The notes below the pieces were generated by a model that was not told the origin of the DNA, did not search any database, and saw nothing but the letters and a program-made list of their open reading frames with translations. Below are positions 24,512 through 34,216 of a stretch of DNA of 64,000 bases, piece after piece. The DNA comes from Escherichia coli (lineage in GTDB: Bacteria; Pseudomonadota; Gammaproteobacteria; Enterobacterales; Enterobacteriaceae), in NCBI RefSeq assembly GCF_051903065.1, contig NZ_CP178438.1; one strand, given 5' to 3'. The translations under genes and the position numbers were made by a program. Position 1 is the first letter of the stretch. Each line of letters opens with the position of its first letter.

Positions 24512-25624
24512 CATACCCCTCTGAAAATCAGTCATCAACTCACCAACACATCTTCTGAAATCTGTATTAAACTTATTGCTTAAATAGATGATATAACACA
24601 TCTTCCATTGCACGGAATCAGCGAAAACTGTCATTCTGGCAATCTTAACAAGATCATTTATCGGTTAATTTTATCAGTAAACAATGGAATATCACACTGA
24701 TAAAATGAACATTCAGGGTAAGATGATAAAATTCACATAAAAAATGCTGAAGATTATTTATTTCATGCAGATAAACGATAAAATACAAGAGAGTATATTT
24801 TTCAGTGTAAGAGTCAATCGTTCATCTCCACTGACGATCACGGTCAGCACATAAACAAAGTGAGTCCTCCTGCTTAGTCATTGCGTATCAGAAACTAAAA
24901 AACAAAAGATTCTGTAAACAACGTGACATTTTTTATGACATTTCCCGAATACAGATATATCAACAAACAGTAGTCAGCGTTGAATTAATAAGTTTTACAG
25001 GGCTATACGTATCTTATAAAACCACTCAACGACCATCATCACCTGACTATTTAGCGGGAGTATCATCTGTATAAATTCCTAAATAATAACACCTGTTATT
25101 AAAATAAGAATGCTGTCAGCAGTAAATTATTAACATAACACCTGTCCACTCTATCTGTTCTTCTAACTCAACCGGCATCGAAAATATTGCCTGATTAGTG
25201 CATCATAGCCTTCTTTTTTCTTTCCCGACCATCAAAACAAATACAACATTTACAACCACACAATAAAACAAAACTAAAACAAAACTAAAACATAAGATTA
25301 ACAACACCAATCAACAGGAAAACACTGAATATTGAGGTGCCCTGTAACCTGGAGAGCGCATACGGCGCATGTGATCAACACAGCCCATTCTTTTCTGTCA
25401 TCCCCCAAATGCAGAACAAACAAGCATAACCTAATGAATATAAAATAAAATATTATTTTTCACCATCATAAAAACATCAATGTATCTTTATATAAAAACA
25501 CTGATAACATGACATAAACATTTAAAAACATAAACAAATCACAACAAAAACATTTGATAATCACTTAGTGACAAAATAAAATTGAGACGATTTTGTTATA
25601 AGAGAGGCGCCATGGAGTGAGATA

Positions 25625-26644
25625 ATGAATAACGAACAGATGCTTATCAAATGCAAAGATCCCCGTAAATGTCGGTTTTATGCTGAATATCTGAATCACA
25701 AATACCCCAATGAATTCCCTCAGTTTGCGCCTGACAACCCACAAAACTGTATCAGAAATGTTAATGCGTTTTTAAAAGAAAAGTATTGTAATACTTCAAA
25801 CAATTCTTTTGGTGTTTTTGGTTCGACTGCAGAAGAAGCTCTCAGCAAAGAAATTAATGAACTTGAAATTATTGCAGGGCAGGCAATACTGCCTGAAGAG
25901 AGTTTTCTCTGGTTGAAAACTGACGAACTTGCGACTTTCTTTACCTGGACTACTATTTATCTGTCGAAGGAAGACCATACAAATTTCCCGGAAATAAACC
26001 ATAATTCATCAGGGATAAAAAACGGAATTGAAGTCAGAAAAAGACGAACAGTTACCGATGAAACGTTAAATACTTACAAAAAAAGTAACCTTCCGGATAA
26101 TCCATCATCCCATAACGAACGAATAAAAGTAATCATTTTATATTTTGATTCCTGTCATTCTTTAATTAATAAAAATGCAAAAAGCATATACCTCGAGGAA
26201 CTCAGGCAGACGTGGCTTAAAAATAAAAGCGCTTGTCAAAAGTTTAAGTGGCTCCTTCCTGACGATGATGAAATGTGTCAGTGGTTCTGGACAAGACTGA
26301 AACAAAAACAGGATGAAACACATCCGGTACATAACCCGGTGACCCGGTGGTTCATACCATCTTCAACGAAAGAATATTATCTTGCCTCTCTCGTCGCCTT
26401 TGCTTTATGGAAAGAGGCACCTGATACCATTGAACTGTTCAGAACACGCATAAATCATGCCTGGCATCAAAAAAAACAAAAAGACAAATATCGGAATGAT
26501 GGTAAAAAGGCTATTAATATACATATAAGAAGCAATGCGAAAGAAATGCTTGATGAACTCAGAACTGTTTACGGTCTGAGAACAGGAGAGTTTTTTGAAA
26601 TGCTGATTACAGAAAAATATCTTGAACACAAGCGAAGGAAGTAA
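25625..26644 (+). CDS. Hypothetical protein, AT-rich, lysine-rich C-terminus
   Basis: 339-aa ORF preceded by GAGAGG RBS-like sequence; no recognisable motif. Confidence 0.5.
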   Translation: MNNEQMLIKCKDPRKCRFYAEYLNHKYPNEFPQFAPDNPQNCIRNVNAFLKEKYCNTSNNSFGVFGSTAEEALSKEINELEIIAGQAILPEESFLWLKTDELATFFTWTTIYLSKEDHTNFPEINHNSSGIKNGIEVRKRRTVTDETLNTYKKSNLPDNPSSHNERIKVIILYFDSCHSLINKNAKSIYLEELRQTWLKNKSACQKFKWLLPDDDEMCQWFWTRLKQKQDETHPVHNPVTRWFIPSSTKEYYLASLVAFALWKEAPDTIELFRTRINHAWHQKKQKDKYRNDGKKAINIHIRSNAKEMLDELRTVYGLRTGEFFEMLITEKYLEHKRRK

Positions 26645-26753
26645 TTCATTACCTGTTACATTCTAAATAATCTCAGACAGATATTATCTCCGTGAATCCC
26701 CCGCCACCTTTCCGGTGCGCGGGGTTTTGTCTTTTTTCACCGGGAATACATGT

Positions 26754-27581
26754 ATGAATCCGTCTGATGCCATTGAGGCAATTGAAAAACCGCTCTCCTC
26801 CCTGCCTTACTCACTTTCCCGTCACATCCTGGAACATCTGCGCAAACTCACCAGCCACGAACCCGTGATTGGCATTATGGGGAAAAGCGGGGCCGGTAAA
26901 TCCTCACTCTGTAATGCACTGTTTCAGGGGGAGGTCACCCCGGTCAGTGATGTTCACGCCGGCACCCGGGAAGTGCAGCGCTTCCGTCTGAGTGGCCATG
27001 GTCACAGCATGGTTATCACTGACCTGCCCGGGGTGGGCGAGAGCCGTGACAGGGATGCAGAGTATGAAGCCCTGTACCGTAACATTCTGCCTGAACTTGA
27101 CCTGGTACTGTGGCTGATTAAAGCCGATGACCGTGCCTTGTCTGTGGATGAGTATTTCTGGCGACACATTCTGCACCGGGGACATCAGCAGGTGCTGTTT
27201 GTGGTGACGCAGGCCGATAAAACGGAGCCCTGCCATGAATGGGATATGGCCGGTATTCAGCCTTCTCCCGCACAGGCACAGAACATTCGCGAAAAAACGG
27301 AGGCGGTATTCCGTCTGTTCCGGCCCGTACATCCGGTTGTGGCCGTATCGGCTCGCACCGGCTGGGAACTGGATACGCTGGTCAGTGCGCTCATGACAGC
27401 GCTTCCCGACCATGCCGCCAGTCCCCTGATGACCCGCCTGCAGGACGAGCTGCGCACGGAATCTGTCCGCGCTCAGGCCCGTGAACAGTTTACCGGTGCG
27501 GTGGACCGGATATTTGACACGGCGGAGAGCGTCTGTATTGCCTCTGTTGCCCGCGCGGTATGGAACTGGATTTTCTTCTGA
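26754..27581 (+). CDS. YeeP/YkfA/YfjP-family GTPase
   Basis: P-loop GIMGKSGAGKSSL, DLPG switch motif, TQADK; likely start MNPSDAIEAIE at 26754. Confidence 0.8.
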   Translation: MNPSDAIEAIEKPLSSLPYSLSRHILEHLRKLTSHEPVIGIMGKSGAGKSSLCNALFQGEVTPVSDVHAGTREVQRFRLSGHGHSMVITDLPGVGESRDRDAEYEALYRNILPELDLVLWLIKADDRALSVDEYFWRHILHRGHQQVLFVVTQADKTEPCHEWDMAGIQPSPAQAQNIREKTEAVFRLFRPVHPVVAVSARTGWELDTLVSALMTALPDHAASPLMTRLQDELRTESVRAQAREQFTGAVDRIFDTAESVCIASVARAVWNWIFF

Positions 27582-27780
27582 ACCCGGTGGTGATGCACCA
27601 GACTCTTGTTACAGATTTTTAACTCCATGAAAACACAATGCAAACGCAGCCATACCCGGGTTGTCCCCTTGTGTTGTGTTTTCCAGATTAATAGAATGCA
27701 TCGATCGTTATAAACGATCGTTTGTGGTAAATGACCTCCTCCGTGGTTGTCATGAAAATGCGTCTCAGGAAGGTTAAATA

Positions 27781-30165
27781 ATGCACGAAAAGAACATCGC
27801 CCTGCTTTGTGATGAAGCCGACCGACTTTTGCAACTGAACATTAATCTGCTCCGGCAAATGGTTGATGAACCGGATGTGTTATCTGACAGTAAGAACGAA
27901 AACAGACTGCTTTTCGATAAACAGAAAGCACTGAAAAGAATTGAGGAGCTGGAGGGCGAACAAATCAAAACCGCCCGCAGGGAGATGGTGCTGGCTGTTG
28001 TCGGCACGATGAAAGCAGGTAAATCAACTACCATCAACGCCATTGTGGGGCAGGAAATTCTGCCTAACCGTAACCGCCCCATGACCTCTGTACCGACGCT
28101 CATCCGCCACGTTCCCGGAAAAACTGAGCCGGTCCTCCATCTGGAACATATTCAGCCCGTCCGCAATTTATTAAGCACACTGCAACAAAAACTCGACACC
28201 CCGGCAGGACAGCAAGTCGCACAGACCCTGCAGCAAACCGGGGATACCTGCGAACTGCTGGATATTCTGGCAAATGATGGCTGGCTCAAAAATGAATACC
28301 ACGGGGAGGAGGAAATCTTTACCGGACTGGCATCGTTAAACGATCTGGTTCGCCTTGCTGCGGCAATGGGGAGTGAGTTTCCTTTTGATGAATACGCAGA
28401 AGTGCAGAAACTGCCGGTGATCGACGTGGAATTCAGCCATCTGGTGGGGATGGATGCATGCCAGGGAACACTCACACTGCTGGATACCCCCGGCCCTAAT
28501 GAGGCCGGACAACCGCAGATGGAAGTGATGATGCGGGATCAACTGCAGAAAGCCTCTGCGGTGCTGGCGGTGATGGATTACACCCAGATGAACTCAAAAG
28601 CGGATGAAGACGTCCGTAAAGAGCTTAATGCCATTGCTGACGTATCAGCCGGCCGCCTGTTTGTGCTGGTCAATAAATTTGATGAGAAAGACCGCAATGG
28701 CGATGGGGCAGATGCCGTACGCCAGAAAGTTCCGGCAATGCTGAACAGTGATGTGCTGCCCGCCTCCCGCGTTTATCCAGGCTCATCACGTCAGGCGTAC
28801 CTGGCTAACCGTGCGCTTCATGAGTTACGGAAAAACGGAACCCTTCCTGTTGATGAAGCCTGGGTCGATGATTTTGTCAGGGAAGCCTTCGGTCGCATGA
28901 AAAAAGAATACGTCTGTAAAGACAGTGAAATGGCAACCGAAGGGGCGACAGACCTGTGGGAAGGTTCACTTATCGATCAACTGATAACGGAAGTCATACA
29001 GAGCTCCCATTCCAGAGCGGCGGCACTGGCGGTTGATTCTGCCGCCGCAAAACTGATGCAGAATGCGGAAAATGTCAGCGAATATCTGTCATTACGCCAT
29101 CAGGGGCTACAGCAAAGCATTCAGTCACTGCAGGCGCATATCTCCAGCCTGCTGGCGGATATCCGGGAAATCGCGGACTGTCAGGAGCAGGTGACCGCAG
29201 ATGTCAGAATGGCTATGGAGGAGATCGATACTAAAACCCGGGAATTACTGACGGGGGTCTGCACCTCACTGGAAGAGGAGCTGAATGACTATTTCAGAAG
29301 CGGTAAACGCAAAGAACAGCAAATGCTGGAGGAAGAAAATTCAGCGCAGCCCCGGGAGAGAAACGCATTCGCTTTCTTTCACGATATTTTCGGAACCGGA
29401 AATCAGCATGACAGGATGCGGGACTTTGATCCGGACAGCCCCGAAATAAAATTCAGTGATCGCAGGGAAGCCCTTGAACTGATGACGCAAATCGAATCGA
29501 CCGTGACCAGCCTGCACCGTGAGGCTGAAGCACAGTTCCGTCCTGAACTGGAAAAAATCGTCAGGGGTATTGAAACAGGTTTTCGTGGTACGGCCCTGTA
29601 CGCCACAGAAAATATTGCCGGACGCATCAATGCCCGTCTGGAGGATGAAGGTTTCACTGTAAAAATCAGTTTTCCGGCAGTCAGCCAGTTACAGACCCGG
29701 CTCGCAGTAAAAACAAATCTGAGCGCGCTTATGGAGGAAAGAACGGAGACCGTCACTCGTCGCTGTCGACAGGATGGTGTCTGGGGTACGCTTTGTCGAT
29801 GGGCAAACACCAGTGACTGGGGCTGGAAAGAGTACAGTGTGGATGTGAGCCGCAGCGTGATCAATATCAACAAGGTCAGAGAGGAAGTGATGTCACTGAC
29901 CCGGGCATATTTCGGGGAGCTGCAGGCATCCATTGAGCAGGATATTAACCAGCCCGTCCGCCAGGAAATCGATGCCTTTTTCTGCGCATTCAGGGAGAAA
30001 GTTGAACAACTGCGTAACACGCTGATTCAGAGCTCTGAAGATCGTAAACGCGATCAGCAGGCGCAGGAACGGCTTACCGGGCGACTTCAGGCATTAAATG
30101 AAAGGGTTCCTGAGCTCATTACTGACAGTAAGGCGCTGAGGGAAGAGCTGGAGACAATGCTGTGA
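27781..30165 (+). CDS. Dynamin-like GTPase, CrfC/YjdA paralog
   Basis: 794 aa; G1 motif VVGTMKAGKSTTINAIVG, LDTPGPNE, VLVNKFDEKD; long coiled-coil C-terminal half; RBS AGGAAGG upstream. Confidence 0.85.
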   Translation: MHEKNIALLCDEADRLLQLNINLLRQMVDEPDVLSDSKNENRLLFDKQKALKRIEELEGEQIKTARREMVLAVVGTMKAGKSTTINAIVGQEILPNRNRPMTSVPTLIRHVPGKTEPVLHLEHIQPVRNLLSTLQQKLDTPAGQQVAQTLQQTGDTCELLDILANDGWLKNEYHGEEEIFTGLASLNDLVRLAAAMGSEFPFDEYAEVQKLPVIDVEFSHLVGMDACQGTLTLLDTPGPNEAGQPQMEVMMRDQLQKASAVLAVMDYTQMNSKADEDVRKELNAIADVSAGRLFVLVNKFDEKDRNGDGADAVRQKVPAMLNSDVLPASRVYPGSSRQAYLANRALHELRKNGTLPVDEAWVDDFVREAFGRMKKEYVCKDSEMATEGATDLWEGSLIDQLITEVIQSSHSRAAALAVDSAAAKLMQNAENVSEYLSLRHQGLQQSIQSLQAHISSLLADIREIADCQEQVTADVRMAMEEIDTKTRELLTGVCTSLEEELNDYFRSGKRKEQQMLEEENSAQPRERNAFAFFHDIFGTGNQHDRMRDFDPDSPEIKFSDRREALELMTQIESTVTSLHREAEAQFRPELEKIVRGIETGFRGTALYATENIAGRINARLEDEGFTVKISFPAVSQLQTRLAVKTNLSALMEERTETVTRRCRQDGVWGTLCRWANTSDWGWKEYSVDVSRSVININKVREEVMSLTRAYFGELQASIEQDINQPVRQEIDAFFCAFREKVEQLRNTLIQSSEDRKRDQQAQERLTGRLQALNERVPELITDSKALREELETML

Positions 30166-31067
30166 CTTCACCATTTATTCAACAAATTGCTGATAACCGG
30201 GTATGTCAGGTACTCACCTGTCTTCCTGAAAAATTTGTGGTTGATTTCGCAAACGGAATCGATGTTGCACAGGAGCATATCCGCACGGCCGGAGAGCGCA
30301 CGTTCTTCCGGCGTTTAAAAGAGGGGATGACCGGCGAAGGCGCTGCACGGCAGAATGCCATCAATGCTTCGCTTGCACAGGGCGTTGAGGCGTCCCTGCG
30401 CTGGCTGACGGAGCTGACAACGTCACTTGCCACCACAAACTACGCGATTACCCGGGTAAACGACAGGGTCAGTTCACTGGTCAGTGATACTGCCAGGCTG
30501 GCGCATTATTCGGCTGACACGCGGGAGCAGTTACTCACCCTGGCCGATCAGGTTCACCAGAAACTGAATCATCTTGAAGAAAAACTCCACCGTGTTGACC
30601 AGGTTCAGCGGGCGCAGTTACATCTTGAGCAGATATTCTCATGGTGGAGCGCCGGGCGATATGCGTCATTTTCCCCTGCCGGACGTTGTTATGTGGCACT
30701 TGAAGAGCTTCGCTGGGGCGCGTTTGGTGATGTGATACGCCAGGGCGAAACAGGCCAGGTTAACCAGCTACTGGATATTCTCAGACATAAAGCATTAACG
30801 CAGATGGCACAGGAGAGTGGCGGTAGTGCAACCGTGCGTCTGAACACTCTGGACTGGCTTGGTGGTCAGGGCCGGGAGCAGGCAGATAACGAGTGGCATG
30901 ACGCGATTAACTGGCTGGGGGACTGGTGCAGTGAAGAGCAGCATCCGGTGATCTGGTCAACCACGCAGGCTGCAGAACACTTACCGGTTCGCATGCCTCG
31001 CCTCTGCTCTGCAGAACGCCTCTCTGAAAGTATGGTCGATGAAATATTTCAGAAGGGGGCAGCATGA
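30162..31067 (+). CDS. YjcZ-like protein (partner of the dynamin-like GTPase)
   Basis: GTG start overlapping upstream stop; N-terminus resembles K-12 YjcZ as recalled (LPEKFVVDFANGIDV.QEHIRTAGERTFFRRLK). Confidence 0.7.
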   Translation: MTSPFIQQIADNRVCQVLTCLPEKFVVDFANGIDVAQEHIRTAGERTFFRRLKEGMTGEGAARQNAINASLAQGVEASLRWLTELTTSLATTNYAITRVNDRVSSLVSDTARLAHYSADTREQLLTLADQVHQKLNHLEEKLHRVDQVQRAQLHLEQIFSWWSAGRYASFSPAGRCYVALEELRWGAFGDVIRQGETGQVNQLLDILRHKALTQMAQESGGSATVRLNTLDWLGGQGREQADNEWHDAINWLGDWCSEEQHPVIWSTTQAAEHLPVRMPRLCSAERLSESMVDEIFQKGAA

Positions 31068-32134
31068 GTACAGAAATGAAAACGGGGCTGGTGCTGTCCG
31101 GCGGCGGGGCGGTGGGCGCTTATCAGGCAGGTGTGGTTAAGGCACTGGCAGAGTGTGGCACACAGATCAGCATGGTTTCAGGGGCCAGCATTGGCGCATT
31201 CAATGGTGCCATTATCGCGGCCTCTCCCGATCTGTCAGAAGCAGCCGCACGCCTGGAGGCGCTCTGGAAGCATCTGGGGAATAATCAGGTGCTGTCGGTA
31301 AACCGATCGGTTTACTTTTCATTGCTGAAAAAAATGGTTCAGGCCATGAACCTCTGCCAGATCCCCGGACGTGCAGGAGCACTGCTTACGACACTTCTTC
31401 GCCATATATCGATAATCAACGGCTTCGACAATCCGATGGCTCAGCCGCTGTTGTCAGATGAGCCTCTGACAGCGCTGTTGGATCATTATCTTGATACTGA
31501 TGCTCTGGCAGACGGGCTACCGCTGTATGTGTCGCTGTACCCCACAGAAGGGGGCATGCAGGATATTATTGACTGCATTCGTGCTGAACTGGGTGCCGGA
31601 ACCACGAAAAACGCCGTTTTTCAGCATATCCAGAGCCTGCCCCGCGGACAGCAGAAAGAGGCTCTGCTTGCGTCAGCCGCGCTGCCCCTGCTGTTCCGTC
31701 CCCGTGAGGTTCAGGGGACAATGTTCGGTGATGGTGGTATGGGAGGATGGCGAAATATGCAGGGAAATACCCCTGTGACGCCTCTGGTCGATGCCGGATG
31801 CAATATGGTGATTGTGACGCATCTGAGTGACGGTTCTTTATGGGATCGCCAGGCTTTTCCGGACACCACAATCCTTGAGATCCGTCCCCGGAAAAGGCTG
31901 AAATATGCAGGTGATGGTGGCAACAGCGGCGGTCTGCTCAGTTTCACGTTGGCACATACCGACGCCTGGCGTCAGCAGGGCTATGAAGACACGATGCTGA
32001 CGATGGAGCATATCCGGAAACCGCTGGCAGCACGTCAGGTACTGTCCCGGTCAGAAACGGTGTTGCAGAAAAGTCTGGAGATAACGGAAGAGGCAGATTT
32101 GGCACTGAGAAACGCGATGGCCCGGATTAAATAA
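31064..32134 (+). CDS. Patatin-like phospholipase
   Basis: ATGA start/stop overlap with upstream gene; Gly-rich loop LSGGGAVGAYQAG, nucleophile elbow GASIG (GxSxG), DGG motif in FGDGGMGG. Confidence 0.85.
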   Translation: MSTEMKTGLVLSGGGAVGAYQAGVVKALAECGTQISMVSGASIGAFNGAIIAASPDLSEAAARLEALWKHLGNNQVLSVNRSVYFSLLKKMVQAMNLCQIPGRAGALLTTLLRHISIINGFDNPMAQPLLSDEPLTALLDHYLDTDALADGLPLYVSLYPTEGGMQDIIDCIRAELGAGTTKNAVFQHIQSLPRGQQKEALLASAALPLLFRPREVQGTMFGDGGMGGWRNMQGNTPVTPLVDAGCNMVIVTHLSDGSLWDRQAFPDTTILEIRPRKRLKYAGDGGNSGGLLSFTLAHTDAWRQQGYEDTMLTMEHIRKPLAARQVLSRSETVLQKSLEITEEADLALRNAMARIK

Positions 32135-32464
32135 AGACGCCCCAAAGAAACGCCACCGCCTGTGGTGGTGTTTTTCCTGTCTGGTGTTATTGAAAATATT
32201 TTCAGACATATATTACCTGAGAGAAAGTTTTACCCCTCATCTGTCAATTCACTCACTGGAAATTTAATTATGAAATTACCTGTAAAGTTATTAATGAGCC
32301 TTATATCTCTGGTAAGCGTTATTGCACGTGCCGGGGAATATAAAAATTACAGCCGGGATGAAATAAAATACTGGCGATATACATCATACAAGGGGTGGAA
32401 ACTTCCGGAAGGTTTCACTGATGAGAAATTTTCCAGCGCCATTTACAACGGAAGAATATTTACA

Positions 32465-32953
32465 ATGAAACGTTTACATACCCTTATGTTATTTCTGGCG
32501 GTTCTGTTCACGGGCTTTAACTTTAACGCAGAAGCGGCTACCGTAAAACAAGCTCTTAGTTGTAACCCAGAAGCCTGGGCTGAACAACCTGGAGCGTGTC
32601 CATCAACGTACGAGTTGTACGAAGGTGACGCTACCTACAAAGCCGCTATCGACAAAGCATTAAAACCGGTCGGACTGAGCGGCATGTTCGGTAAAGGCGG
32701 CTATATGGATGGCCCTGGTGGAGGTATCACGCCAGTAAACATTAACGGTACAGTCTGGTTCCAGGGCGACGGTTGCAAAGCCAATACCTGCGGCTGGGAC
32801 TTTATCGTAACACTCTATAACCCAAAAACCCATGAAGTTGTTGGCTACCGTTACTTTGGTTTAGATGACCCGGCCTACCTGGTTTGGTTCGGTGAAATTG
32901 GCGTGCATGAATTCGCGTATCTGGTGAAAAACTACGTAGCTGCGGTTAACTAA
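32465..32953 (+). CDS. Secreted protein, possibly Ivy-like (lysozyme-inhibitor fold); alternative upstream in-frame start at 32270
   Basis: Signal peptide MKRLHTLMLFLAVLFTGFNFNAEA; GDGCKANTCGWDF loop resembling the Ivy CKPHDCG loop; second signal-peptide-like segment in frame upstream. Confidence 0.4.
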   Translation: MKRLHTLMLFLAVLFTGFNFNAEAATVKQALSCNPEAWAEQPGACPSTYELYEGDATYKAAIDKALKPVGLSGMFGKGGYMDGPGGGITPVNINGTVWFQGDGCKANTCGWDFIVTLYNPKTHEVVGYRYFGLDDPAYLVWFGEIGVHEFAYLVKNYVAAVN

Positions 32954-32968
32954 TTTAAGGAGTCTATC

Positions 32969-33181
32969 ATGAAAACTTTTATCAAAACTTTACTCGTTGC
33001 TGTAACTATTCTGTTCTCTGTCTTCGCTACTGCGAAACAAGTAAAACTGCCAAATAACATCAAATACGTTAATACTACAGAAGCGTTTTCCTGTACCGAA
33101 ATTGACGGTATGAATTGCCAGACAAAGAATCAGTTCAACTATAAAGATAACAGCTATGTGGTGATGCTGCCAACTTACTGA
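32969..33181 (+). pseudogene. Small secreted-protein gene truncated by IS1 (last 6 codons and stop lie in the IS1 terminal repeat)
   Basis: Signal peptide MKTFIKTLLVAVTILFSVFATA; frame runs into GGTGATGCTGCCAACTTACTGA of IS1. Confidence 0.5.
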
Positions 33182-33214
33182 TTTAGTGTATGATGGTGTT
33201 TTTGAGGTGCTCCA

Positions 33215-33490
33215 GTGGCTTCTGTTTCTATCAGCTGTCCCTCCTGTTCAGCTACTGAAGGCGTGGTGCGTAACGGTAAAAGCACTGCCGGACATCAGCG
33301 CTATCTCTGCTCTCACTGCCGTAAAACATGGCAACTGCAGTTCACTTACACCGCTTCTCAACCCGGTACGCACCAGAAAATCATTGATATGGCCATGAAT
33401 GGCGTTGGATGCCGGGCAACTGCCCGCATTATGGGCGTTGGCCTCAACACGGTTTTACGTCACTTAAAAAACTCAGGCCGCAGTCGGTAA
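33215..33490 (+). CDS. insA: IS1 InsA
   Basis: 91-aa [21 protein letters not shown]... Confidence 0.9.
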   Translation: MASVSISCPSCSATEGVVRNGKSTAGHQRYLCSHCRKTWQLQFTYTASQPGTHQKIIDMAMNGVGCRATARIMGVGLNTVLRHLKNSGRSR

Positions 33491-33912
33491 CCTCGCGCAT
33501 ACAGCTGGGCAGTGACGTCATCGTCTGCGCGGAAATGGACGAACAGTGGGGATACGTCGGGGCTAAATCGCGCCAGCGCTGGCTGTTTTACGCGTATGAC
33601 AGGCTCCGGAAGACGGTTGTTGCGCACGTATTCGGTGAACGCACTATGGCGACGCTGGGGCGTCTTATGAGCCTGCTGTCACCCTTTGACGTGGTGATAT
33701 GGATGACGGATGGCTGGCCGCTGTATGAATCCCGCCTGAAGGGAAAGCTGCACGTAATCAGCAAGCGATATACGCAGCGAATTGAGCGGCATAACCTGAA
33801 TCTGAGGCAGCACCTGGCACGGCTGGGACGGAAGTCGCTGTCGTTCTCAAAATCGGTGGAGCTGCATGACAAAGTCATCGGGCATTATCTGAACATAAAA
33901 CACTATCAATAA
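33409..33912 (+). CDS. insB: IS1 transposase InsB
   Basis: 167-aa [24 protein letters not shown]... Confidence 0.9.
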   Translation: MPGNCPHYGRWPQHGFTSLKKLRPQSVTSRIQLGSDVIVCAEMDEQWGYVGAKSRQRWLFYAYDRLRKTVVAHVFGERTMATLGRLMSLLSPFDVVIWMTDGWPLYESRLKGKLHVISKRYTQRIERHNLNLRQHLARLGRKSLSFSKSVELHDKVIGHYLNIKHYQ

Positions 33913-34216
33913 GTTGGAGTCATTACCCACTTTTTGAAAGCAACCAGATGATAGGGTAAAGATAAGTGCTGTGTTCGGCGGTAAATTCTCAGTACCACCC
34001 ATTGAAAATCGAACGGGGAAACGGGAAATTTGGAGCAAAGTGCTGGTATGCAAGGGATGTGTGGATCTCTGTGACGGGAAAACTACGGGGATATTGCGGG
34101 AAAGGGACGGGGGAAAGGTTCTATGTTGATGCTGATCAGATCTTTTCTAGTTTGCACTTGCTCATACCGTGAACAGCGTTAGTGTGGTGAGCATCATTTG
34201 CCAAAAGGGTTAGACA

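Larger units (their letters stand above)
33160..33927 (+). mobile_element. IS1, copy B (768 bp)
   Basis: Terminal repeats at 33160 and 33927; InsA/InsB variants differ by a few residues from copies A and C. Confidence 0.95.
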
